A DNA stretch of 64,000 nt from a virus, in IMG/VR virus record IMGVR_UViG_3300047471_000616, positions 1 to 64,000 of that record. The stretch is one strand, 5' to 3'. Within the stretch, counting starts at the first letter, position 1. Each line of letters starts with the position of its first letter. This document shows, piece after piece, positions 10,050-17,723 of this stretch. The notes under the pieces were generated by a model, which was not told the DNA's origin, searched no databases, and worked only from the letters and a program-made list of their open reading frames with translations. Made by a program: the position numbers and the translations under genes.

Positions 10050-10358
10050 CTAGGTGTTGGCTATCACCGCAACGACCTGCCCAGGCACCACGGTGTAGTA
10101 TTCGGTCTGGTTCTGGATCATGCGGGCATTGTTGACGGTAGCAGTGACAGTGACACCGATGTTGACTGAGCAGGTAGCGTCCACATTGATCCGTACCAGC
10201 GACGTATTGGCACCAAAAGCCACCGCACTGGTGGTGGTAGAGGTAAAGGTGACCGGCGAACCGGCGTTCTCACGCCAGCTACCGGCATTGCCAACCGGGA
10301 CCACGCCGCCATGGGCGACACCGGGGCCAACAAATTCGGTGATGTAGGCTTTACCCAT
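10050..10358 (-). CDS. Hypothetical beta-rich protein, possibly virion
   Basis: Open ORF with GAGAGG SD; T/V/S-rich. Confidence 0.65.
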   Translation of the reverse strand: MGKAYITEFVGPGVAHGGVVPVGNAGSWRENAGSPVTFTSTTTSAVAFGANTSLVRINVDATCSVNIGVTVTATVNNARMIQNQTEYYTVVPGQVVAVIANT

Positions 10359-10363
10359 GATCG

Positions 10364-10567
10364 TTACCCTCTCTTGGCCAACCTGCTGGTGATACCGGCA
10401 CCTTCCACTATGTGAGAAATGTGGAAGCCGTCAGGGTCAAAGTTTTCATCCAGGAGAAGCAGCCATTCCCCGTCGATCTCAACCGAGACCTTGATGTTGC
10501 CCAGGACGCGGTCGCTGGTCTTGGCCGCGTCAAGATGAACCGCAGTGATCACAACGGGGGTTTTCAT
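10364..10567 (-). CDS. Hypothetical protein
   Basis: Coupled to the csp gene (ATGA overlap); GGAG SD. Confidence 0.65.
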   Translation of the reverse strand: MKTPVVITAVHLDAAKTSDRVLGNIKVSVEIDGEWLLLLDENFDPDGFHISHIVEGAGITSRLAKRG

Positions 10568-10806
10568 GACGGCTCCTTGGACTCAACAAGGCTGATGTCT
10601 ATGGCAAACTTGCCCTTCTGGCCGGTGTCTATACGGAACTTCACCTTCTCTCCCTCCAGCAGGCAGCGGTTGATCCCTGACTTGCGCAGCTGGTTGGCAT
10701 GCACAAAAACGTCCATTCCGCCCTCGGGCAAGCTGATGAAACCAAAGGCTTTCTGAGCATTGAACCATTTAACTGAACCGGTAGAAAAGCTGTTGTCTGC
10801 ACTCAT
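10564..10806 (-). CDS. Cold-shock domain protein
   Basis: GSVKWFNAQKAFGFI (RNP1) and DVFVH (RNP2). Confidence 0.93.
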   Translation of the reverse strand: MSADNSFSTGSVKWFNAQKAFGFISLPEGGMDVFVHANQLRKSGINRCLLEGEKVKFRIDTGQKGKFAIDISLVESKEPS

Positions 10807-10815
10807 TCAGCACTC

Positions 10816-11718
10816 CTAAGGATTGGCAATCACCTGGCCCAGCTTGGTGGTCACATCGGCCAGCGTACCAACCACGTAGTACACCACCCACGAATGACGG
10901 CCAGCCGCTATTGGGGCAGCGCCAAAGACGTTTGCATCCCACTTGTTGCTGTTGCCGCCAGCGCCCATCCAGGCGTTGTAGCCCCCAGTCGGGCTGTAAA
11001 CTCCTATGGCGTGGGCAAGGCTGGCATCAGCCAGGACCAGCGGCTTGAAACTGCTGACGATCTTGCTGGGGTCGTAAGGGGCCGAAGGGGTATAAGGCAG
11101 CACCGTCAAGGAGCCGTTGTCCCAGGCGTAGAGCTTGTTCAGGCCAAGTGCCACGTAGCCGGTCAACCCCTCAACTCCGGCAGTAGCGTGTGCCGCCGCC
11201 AGCGTGACCGTCACATCGTGGCGCACCAGATTGACCACCCCGTGGTAGTCCACTTCTATGCGCTTATCAATTTGATCGGCTGAGTAAGTCTGCCCGTTAA
11301 AGGGCACCCAATAGGCCGGGCTGACCGATGTAGACAACACCTTGCCGCTGACCGTGGCACCCAGCACCTTGCTGGGGGTACCCTTGGACGAACCGGCTTC
11401 GGTGGGGTTGTTACCCTCACCACCACCATCCAGCTGATAGGCAGTCTGCAGTTCGCGGCCCAAATCACTGGCATTGATGTATTCAAGACCACCCCAAACA
11501 AGAGAATAAACCGAACCGCCGTGGCTGCTGCTGGTTTTTATGGTCAGAGCAGAACCATTGACTTGCCACACCGTATCCGCTGGCGGGCAGACCGACAACG
11601 CCAGCTTGCGGGTGGCGTGCCACGCTTTTCCTAGTTTAGAATGACGTGCAATTTTTACCATCAGACGACACGCTACCGCCGCTAGGACACTTGGAAAAGA
11701 TATCCTACCGGCGGCCAT
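10816..11718 (-). CDS. Hypothetical protein, beta-rich; start uncertain
   Basis: 300-aa ORF co-oriented with the operon. Confidence 0.65.
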   Translation of the reverse strand: MAAGRISFPSVLAAVACRLMVKIARHSKLGKAWHATRKLALSVCPPADTVWQVNGSALTIKTSSSHGGSVYSLVWGGLEYINASDLGRELQTAYQLDGGGEGNNPTEAGSSKGTPSKVLGATVSGKVLSTSVSPAYWVPFNGQTYSADQIDKRIEVDYHGVVNLVRHDVTVTLAAAHATAGVEGLTGYVALGLNKLYAWDNGSLTVLPYTPSAPYDPSKIVSSFKPLVLADASLAHAIGVYSPTGGYNAWMGAGGNSNKWDANVFGAAPIAAGRHSWVVYYVVGTLADVTTKLGQVIANP

Positions 11719-11740
11719 TTATCTGGTTTACGCACCCCAC

Positions 11741-12223
11741 TCAGGCCGCTGTGAGCAGCCTTTCCTCTATTTCTACCATACAAGAACGGCCCAGCAATTC
11801 AGCCAGGACCTTTACCCGGTCATGCACCGATTGACCCTCATAGCAAAGCAAAAGCCCCGCCAGGGGGCCTTCTTGGCATTTGACTTTGGAACCTTTACGG
11901 AAGCGTGGCGGTGCCACCAGCTGGTACAGCCCGTTTTTGTCTTCCCTGGCTTGTATTGTTTCTATGACCTGATCAGGTAATAGTTGCGGGCCAGAGTCAG
12001 CCATCAGCAGGTAACTGATCCCACGGGTGCCGCACAATGAATGCCACACCTGCTCCAGCTTCACGAAGATGTAACGGGGAAACAAGGGACGGACTACCGC
12101 AGCAACACCGGGTTTCTTGTGCTCGTATTTTGGGTAGTAAAAGGTAAAGCCCTGACGCTGCAGATTGACTGCGGCGATGCCCTCATGGTTGGGCTTTGTC
12201 ATTGCTACGAACCAAGACATCAA
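11741..12223 (-). CDS. NusG/RfaH-family transcription antitermination protein
   Basis: WFVAMTKPNHE...PLFPRYIFV (NGN domain); FRKGSKV...GPLAG (KOW domain). Confidence 0.9.
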   Translation of the reverse strand: MMSWFVAMTKPNHEGIAAVNLQRQGFTFYYPKYEHKKPGVAAVVRPLFPRYIFVKLEQVWHSLCGTRGISYLLMADSGPQLLPDQVIETIQAREDKNGLYQLVAPPRFRKGSKVKCQEGPLAGLLLCYEGQSVHDRVKVLAELLGRSCMVEIEERLLTAA

Positions 12224-12247
12224 GACACCCTTCGCACGAAGCCAGAA

Positions 12248-12276
12248 CCGCTAACTGATTTGCCCAATAGTGTCAA
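12248..12276 (-). promoter_or_regulatory. Putative sigma70 promoter for the nusG-headed operon
   Basis: TTGACA-N17-TAGCGG on the minus strand; the -10 element is weak. Confidence 0.4.
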
Positions 12277-12289
12277 GGAGCCTAGACCC

Positions 12290-12517
12290 ATGAAGATCCC
12301 CATCTGGTTCAAAGGTAGAGACGGGGTTTGGAAAGTTTTCCCGGCTGAGATCAGCCGCCACCTGCAAACCTTCCAAGATGGAAAACAAGGGGTCAGCCAT
12401 GTTGTCATGAGAGAAGCTGATTTCTTTGTGAACGAAGTGTCGACAGAAGACTTTTGGGAGATATTCGACCACTATGACCCCAGGTATATCTTGAGGGAGG
12501 AACCAGCATGCAAGTAG
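12290..12517 (+). CDS. Small protein, MKxPxWxK family copy 1
   Basis: AAGGAG SD; MKIPIWFKGRDGVWKVFP. Confidence 0.75.
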   Translation: MKIPIWFKGRDGVWKVFPAEISRHLQTFQDGKQGVSHVVMREADFFVNEVSTEDFWEIFDHYDPRYILREEPACK

Positions 12518-12726
12518 AACTGGAACTGAAGAGGATCAGGCCCGGCAGCATCAGGTGGGACCCGCTGCAGAACATCACCACTCAAGAACTGGCCCTGGCC
12601 CTGCCAGTTGTCATTCTGCTGCTGGCCAAGCCCCATTTCACCGAACATGACCAGGCAGCCAGATGTCTGGAACAATTGCCAGAAACTGCCAAAAGACACT
12701 TCAGCTACCGGTGGGGAAAACCATGA
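12508..12726 (+). CDS. Hypothetical protein
   Basis: GGAGG SD; overlaps both neighbours. Confidence 0.65.
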   Translation: MQVELELKRIRPGSIRWDPLQNITTQELALALPVVILLLAKPHFTEHDQAARCLEQLPETAKRHFSYRWGKP

Positions 12727-12956
12727 AGCTGCCGCTATGGGTCAAGGGTAGGGATGGGAAATGGCACCGGTTCCCCTACGAAACCCTAACCTGGGAAAAC
12801 GGCAGGTATGTCATTCACCACGACGATATAGGCCCGCTCCTCAAGCTATGCGACGCAACAGGTTGGCCTTTGCACCAGTTCTGTAGCTACGACAACGACC
12901 ATGGCCAACCTTGGGGGTACCTGGTACTCAAAGAGAAAGCCGGGGAAGACAAATGA
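12723..12956 (+). CDS. Small protein, MKxPxWxK family copy 2
   Basis: MKLPLWVKGRDGKWHRFP; ATGA coupling. Confidence 0.75.
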   Translation: MKLPLWVKGRDGKWHRFPYETLTWENGRYVIHHDDIGPLLKLCDATGWPLHQFCSYDNDHGQPWGYLVLKEKAGEDK

Positions 12957-13186
12957 TCCCAGTTTGGGCCAAGGTAGATGGAAAATGGGTAACCTTCCCC
13001 ACCCACCTGCTGCAAACCCTGGAAGACGGTTCTACCGGCTTCAGGTTTCATACCGACCGCAACGAACACGAAAAAGTAGTAGCCTTCAAGCAATTCAGGG
13101 AGCACTTCTGCCACAACCCGGTCAACTGGTACGAAGACCAAAAGACGCCAACCTACTATGAATACCGGCTGAGAAAACAGCCTTAA
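12953..13186 (+). CDS. Small protein, MKxPxWxK family copy 3
   Basis: MIPVWAKVDGKWVTFP; ATGA coupling. Confidence 0.72.
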   Translation: MIPVWAKVDGKWVTFPTHLLQTLEDGSTGFRFHTDRNEHEKVVAFKQFREHFCHNPVNWYEDQKTPTYYEYRLRKQP

Positions 13187-13245
13187 GACCGAATAAATGC
13201 TAGAAAAAATCCAGGTAATTCTGGGGCAAATCCAAGGAACCAACC

Positions 13246-13461
13246 ATGAAGCTGCCGCTGTGGTACAAAGATCAGTTTGGCAAGTACATCACCCTGGAGT
13301 ATTACCCAGATGGAAAAGTGGGGATCAGCCATGACCGGCTGCTGTCCCACGACAGATCAGGCAGTATCCTGAGATTCGCGGACTTCAGCTATGACAGGTC
13401 CCAGGACCGTTACCTGCTACGGCACCACGTTCGCAACCCAATGAAGGGGCAGCAAGAATGA
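13246..13461 (+). CDS. Small protein, MKxPxWxK family copy 4
   Basis: MKLPLWYKDQFGKY; AAGGA SD. Confidence 0.75.
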   Translation: MKLPLWYKDQFGKYITLEYYPDGKVGISHDRLLSHDRSGSILRFADFSYDRSQDRYLLRHHVRNPMKGQQE

Positions 13462-13673
13462 AACTACCGCTATGGATCAAGAACAAAGAAGGAAAATACG
13501 CAGCGTTCCCCTACGCCGACAGGTTCACCACCTTCAGCGACGGGAAGTGCGGGGTTGAAGCCAAACACGTCAGGTACTCGGACTTGCGGTTATTTTGGCA
13601 ACATGTGTTTATTTACGACATAAGAAATGACCGGTTTCTGCTGAGGGAAACCAGGCGTAAATATAAACGATAA
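13458..13673 (+). CDS. Small protein, MKxPxWxK family copy 5
   Basis: MKLPLWIKNKEGKYAAFP; ATGA coupling. Confidence 0.75.
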   Translation: MKLPLWIKNKEGKYAAFPYADRFTTFSDGKCGVEAKHVRYSDLRLFWQHVFIYDIRNDRFLLRETRRKYKR

Positions 13674-13742
13674 ATTGCTAAATCTTGGTGCGGGTCGCAG
13701 GGGCACCACGCCCGCCGACGGGGAGGGAGGGGTGACCATTTT

Positions 13743-13774
13743 GTCAAATCACAAGTTGTTACACCCCTGTAACA
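13743..13774. repeat. Left arm of an inverted repeat (GTCAAATCACA-N3-TGTTACA-N4-TGTAACA)
   Basis: Reverse-complement match to 14917-14947. Confidence 0.8.
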
Positions 13775-13794
13775 ATACGTTACTTGACAAGGCT

Positions 13795-13824
13795 AGCGTG
13801 TGGCACAGTCAAGTGCCACACGCT
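13795..13824 (-). terminator. Hairpin, likely terminator of the 14684->13876 unit
   Basis: Perfect 12-bp stem AGCGTGTGGCAC/GTGCCACACGCT. Confidence 0.6.
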
Positions 13825-13875
13825 GCAAGCTAACGGGTGAGGCTAGCGTGTACTAACGTTTCATTGCAACCCCCT

Positions 13876-14091
13876 TCAAAAGGTTGCGGGCTTACCGCGC
13901 CGCAACCATTGTTCAAGTTGATAGTGTTCAGCCGCCGTGAGCGGCAGCTGCGGTTCACCGTCAAAGTCAGCGTCAAGTAGCGTGACCTTGGCGGCATTGA
14001 ACTTGCGGGCTTGCCATGCGGCAAGCGGGGCAAGTTGACGGTCACGGCGCGCTAACCTACGCGCCGCAACCCTGTTGTAGTGTGTGCGCAT
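13876..14091 (-). CDS. Hypothetical basic protein
   Basis: TAATG coupling to the upstream gene. Confidence 0.6.
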   Translation of the reverse strand: MRTHYNRVAARRLARRDRQLAPLAAWQARKFNAAKVTLLDADFDGEPQLPLTAAEHYQLEQWLRRGKPATF

Positions 14092-14684
14092 TAGCTATTG
14101 AAATGCGCGGCCAAGTCAGTCAACGCAGTTTCAGTAACCGGCGCGTCAACTGGCGCGTCAGTAACCGGCGCGTCAACTGGCGCGTCAGTAACCGGCGCTT
14201 CAACCGGCGCGGGCTTGGCGTTGCGCTTGCGCGCCACCTTGACCGCACCGGCCTTAACCTTTGGCGCGGCCTTGAAGCCGTGAACAATGAGCAGCCGCTC
14301 AATTTCAGCGGCGCCCTTGCTGGTGAGTTCAGCGCGCTTAACCTTGGCGCCGCGCTCAATTGGGCTGAACAAGCCCGCGTTGACCAGCGCTTTCAGGTGG
14401 TTGTGCGCCGCGCCTTCAGCACCGGCCGCGTTCAGGTATTGTGAAACCTGAACACCATCAGGCCGCAGTGCCATTGCCACGTTCACGGCTTCAATACCAG
14501 GGGTTTTTTTGCAGGTCACCGTTGCCACGGTGATCATTGCCGGGGTTGGCAACGTGCCCACCCGTTCAACGCCCCACCGTTCAAAGTTGGCCACGTATTG
14601 ATTGAACCAACCCAGTTTGGGGTGATCAGCCGCAACCTTGATAGCGGCCAGCGCCTTTTCATGATCAGTTAACTTTTTAGCCAT
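14091..14684 (-). CDS. Hypothetical protein with a possible winged-helix core, Lys/Ala-rich linker and APVTD/APVD repeats
   Basis: GAAAGG SD before MAKKLTD; tandem repeats at 14132-14210. Confidence 0.75.
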   Translation of the reverse strand: MAKKLTDHEKALAAIKVAADHPKLGWFNQYVANFERWGVERVGTLPTPAMITVATVTCKKTPGIEAVNVAMALRPDGVQVSQYLNAAGAEGAAHNHLKALVNAGLFSPIERGAKVKRAELTSKGAAEIERLLIVHGFKAAPKVKAGAVKVARKRNAKPAPVEAPVTDAPVDAPVTDAPVDAPVTETALTDLAAHFNS

Positions 14685-14916
14685 TGTAGTTTTGCCTTTC
14701 ATTGTGAAAGCGGCCCTTGAGGCGTGCCGCATTGCCTTTGAATTTTGGTAAGCCCGTTGATTGCACGCCTTACCCAACGCGGCATTTTTGCCTTGGCGTC
14801 AGCGCATGGTTACCGGGCTACACCACAGGGCTAGCCGCCGGGCGTACCTGCTAGGTTATAAGCCAACCCAGCACTCACCATAAAGCACGCCACACACAAT
14901 TAAACAAGTAAACAAA

Positions 14917-14947
14917 TGTTACACGTTGTAACATTATGTGATTTGAC
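14917..14947. repeat. Right arm of the inverted repeat (TGTTACA-N3-TGTAACA-N3-TGTGATTTGAC)
   Basis: Reverse-complement match to 13743-13774. Confidence 0.8.
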
Positions 14948-15073
14948 TTGAGGCGCGTGGTGACGCAGCTGCGGCTGATCACGAAGTGTTACAATTGAAA
15001 TATTGCGTGATCAGACGAAGCGCGGCCTGGACGAAGCGGGCGGCCGCTTGGCATTTCTTGCGGCCAGCGCCCA

Positions 15074-15252
15074 GGGCGTCGTCGTCGAGGACTCATCCGA
15101 AGGGCTCATCCGACAAGAGCTCATCCGACAAGAGCTCATCCGACAGGTCATCCGACAGGTCATCTAGCTCATCTTAAGAATATCCTGGCGTCGTCGTCGA
15201 TCACGAACGGGCGTGGAAACCGTAGGATTTAGGCCTCATCTGGCTCATCCGC
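15074..15252. repeat. Non-coding short direct-repeat array, TCATCCGA(CA)
   Basis: Seven TCATCY copies at 10-15 bp spacing (15092-15174), two more at 15236-15252, plus two GGCGTCGTCGTCGA copies. Confidence 0.85.
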
Positions 15253-15310
15253 CGCAAATTACTTAGTTTCCTAAGTATCCTCAATTCAACGAGTTCGCGA
15301 AGTAACGAAG

Positions 15311-15338
15311 TGCCCCGCAGCAATTGTGCTACGGGGCA
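15311..15338 (-). terminator. Hairpin, probable terminator
   Basis: TGCCCCG.AGCA/TGCT.CGGGGCA just downstream of 15356-15733. Confidence 0.55.
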
Positions 15339-15355
15339 ATTATGCTGGATTGGCT

Positions 15356-15733
15356 CTAGGCAACTTCTTTGCGCTTACCTTTCAGCCACACCTCAAAATC
15401 TGCCATGAAACACCCCTCATATACCTCATGATACATACTGTTGACGCGGGCCTGTAGCATTTCTTGCACCATCACCTCATTCACTATTGGCCCGTAGCGG
15501 TATTCCAGTGACTTGCGCCAGTTGTTTGCCCGTTCAGTGGCAAGTTCGTGTGCCCGCTGCCTTGGGCTACGGCTGTCAGTCTCAACACTCACCCGCCAGG
15601 TTCTTGGCATGCCTGGGGTGTGGTGATGCAGCTTCTTTGCCGCCCTGACCGCTGCTTCTTCATTCACTGCCTTGACACAGTACGGCCACTGAGATTTGCT
15701 GCTGTTGGTCAAGATGACTACATAATCTTTCAT
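15356..15733 (-). CDS. Hypothetical protein
   Basis: AGGT SD; 125-aa ORF followed by a hairpin. Confidence 0.7.
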   Translation of the reverse strand: MKDYVVILTNSSKSQWPYCVKAVNEEAAVRAAKKLHHHTPGMPRTWRVSVETDSRSPRQRAHELATERANNWRKSLEYRYGPIVNEVMVQEMLQARVNSMYHEVYEGCFMADFEVWLKGKRKEVA

Positions 15734-15963
15734 GATCTTTTACCTGTTGGGTTTGGGTTTCAAGCATGCTGATACTAGCATTTTGGGCTAGAAATTGCAC
15801 TAACTTCCTTTTGCTCGGCTGTAGACAAAATGCTGGTAACAGCGCCCGTTTCTTCCCCGAATCAGGCATCTATCACAATGTGCCTGATAACAGCCATGCA
15901 ATGATCCAGGCCGTGCTTCTATTGTAGTTGTCGTAAGTGTAATCATCAATACCAGGAGTCCTG

Positions 15964-16290
15964 TCATTTCTCACTTCCTTCCTGTTTCCTGATTCTCAGG
16001 ATGAACCCATTATCATCCATCAATATATGCTGGCCACACTTCCTGCACCGGTAACTTCCCAAATGTACGTTATCCTGGTAGTTTTCCCCGCCATCTATGC
16101 ACACGAAGTTGATATTAAGTTGGCTAAGTGACGAGATGTTATACCATACTTCGCCAGGTCCCAACCTGAAGGGTCTTATGACTAAAAGACAAGGATGATC
16201 GTTGCCGCAGACTACTACATCCCACATCTTAGCCCTGATTTCTGGTACTACCTTGAATCTTTCCTCTGATTTTACTGGTTTCTGCATCAT
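15964..16290 (-). CDS. Zn-finger-like small protein (paralog of 16291-16536)
   Basis: WDVVVCGNDHPCLLV...CRKC. Confidence 0.7.
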   Translation of the reverse strand: MMQKPVKSEERFKVVPEIRAKMWDVVVCGNDHPCLLVIRPFRLGPGEVWYNISSLSQLNINFVCIDGGENYQDNVHLGSYRCRKCGQHILMDDNGFILRIRKQEGSEK

Positions 16291-16536
16291 CTAAGTTTCC
16301 CGTTTCTGCAGTTTGAAAATCTTCCCTACGGTGAATAGGCATTCCCCGCATTCCGGGCAGTTTGTCGCACTGAGTCTTTGGCCCCGCTCAAGCTTCATCT
16401 TGCCCAGGGTACGGAACGCTTTTTCAGTGATGGGGTCGCCTACCCTGACTTCCTTGAGTACCAGCAGGCACGGATGCTTATTCGGACAGACTACTACATC
16501 CCAGGCTTTGGCTAGCAGCAGTTTTTCATCTTGCAT
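16291..16536 (-). CDS. Zn-finger-like small protein (paralog of 15964-16290)
   Basis: WDVVVCPNKHPCLLV...CPEC. Confidence 0.7.
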   Translation of the reverse strand: MQDEKLLLAKAWDVVVCPNKHPCLLVLKEVRVGDPITEKAFRTLGKMKLERGQRLSATNCPECGECLFTVGKIFKLQKRET

Positions 16537-16800
16537 CTGATTTTACTGGTTTCTACATCATCTAAGTTATCTGAGTTAGGGCTATTGTTATCGTTTATAC
16601 CGTGCTAGGGTACTGGCTATGTGGCACCAGGGCTTAGGCTTTAGTTCTCCACACCTCAGCATGGCGGGGCGCTTCTTTGTGGCCGGTGACCGTGACAGGG
16701 TTGCACAGCCAGTCATGCCAAAGACTATAGGGCAGTTTGAACTGCCGCCACAAGCCGGTACTAAGAACGGCAACACTGCACTTGACGGGGTACACTTCTG

Positions 16801-17139
16801 ATGCGCTCACCCTACGGCAAAAAGGGCAAGGCAATTCTTGCCCCTGATGCGGCCTACGCTTTGCGTGGGCTGCGTTTTGACGCAGGCGTGAAGGCCCGCA
16901 TTGAACCCAGTATGTGGGGTTCGCGGGCCGTAGGTTTGCATGGGCCAAATGCGGCCGTTGCAGGCAAGCGCATCCGCTACCTTGAACCCAAAACCGTAGT
17001 ATATTCTGACGGTACACGCGGGGCAGCGGTGCTGCTCAACATGCATTCCAAGTCAGGCTATATGGGTTTGAAAGTTGAGGGGCAGCGTAAACGAAGGATG
17101 CCCACGGTCACTAAGCGGTATGCGGTAGCAAACAAGTAG
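16801..17139 (+). CDS. Hypothetical basic protein
   Basis: 112-aa ORF with a GGGGT SD-like element. Confidence 0.55.
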   Translation: MRSPYGKKGKAILAPDAAYALRGLRFDAGVKARIEPSMWGSRAVGLHGPNAAVAGKRIRYLEPKTVVYSDGTRGAAVLLNMHSKSGYMGLKVEGQRKRRMPTVTKRYAVANK

Positions 17140-17149
17140 GCACAGAAGA

Positions 17150-17665
17150 CGCAGGGGGTACACCCTGCATTCTGAAGCCGGTGACCCGTGATTAACAATC
17201 CGTGACGCCCGTCACGGTGTGCTGCGCTTACCCGGTGGTATTCTTTTGCTGCCATGCTGGCCGCGCAGCCATCACGCCTGAAACCAGGGTCAATTCCCCA
17301 AGGTTACCAAGCCTTGACCGCTTGTAAGTATAATTCCGTTGCAGTTACAACGGGTAAGCACAATCCCTCAACTGGCAGTGCAACAACAAACTTCTTGCTA
17401 CAAAAAACTACAACAGCAAATCTGTGCAACCTAGCAACGGCCAAACCCGCAAGGGCAATTGCGAGGACTCAAGTGGTTCAATGGTTTCAGGTCAATGTCA
17501 CTTCTTGCCACGTTTGGTACGGCAAGGATTGACCGTGATGGCTACGCTTTGCTGGCAGCAGGCTTCGTTTATAGCCTGTTGGCATTGCGCCCCGGTACTT
17601 AGTGCAGCAAAACGCCGTAGATTAATGGGCAGTGACACGGCAATACCAACTTCTTTTGCATGAAT
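17150..17665 (+). ncRNA. Candidate large structured non-coding RNA
   Basis: Nested long-range helices 17221-28/17601-08, 17247-54/17553-60, 17267-76/17534-43 and 17277-86/17482-91; GCAA tetraloop; G-U pairs. Confidence 0.6.
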
Positions 17666-17671
17666 TTGTTT

Positions 17672-17723
17672 GTGGGGTGGGCAATCTGGCTCACCCCTGT
17701 TAGGCAATTTGCCAACTGGAGGA
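17672..17723 (+). promoter_or_regulatory. Repeated intergenic element (hairpin + GTTWGBCAATTT + SD), copy A
   Basis: GGGGTGGGC/GCTCACCCC stem then GTTAGGCAATTTGCCAACTGGAGG. Confidence 0.65.

Noticed and set aside
1975-12223. Left arm as flanking host chromosome (prophage boundary)
   Set aside because: Gene packing and style are continuous with the phage genes, it includes phage-like small ORFs, and no att/integrase junction is seen; read-level confirmation is still advisable.
15074-15252. Possible CRISPR array
   Set aside because: Units are 10-15 bp with no unique spacers, and no cas genes are present.
17254-17532. 92-aa ORF inside the structured region
   Set aside because: No SD, atypical composition, and long-range pairing explains the sequence better; not formally excluded.
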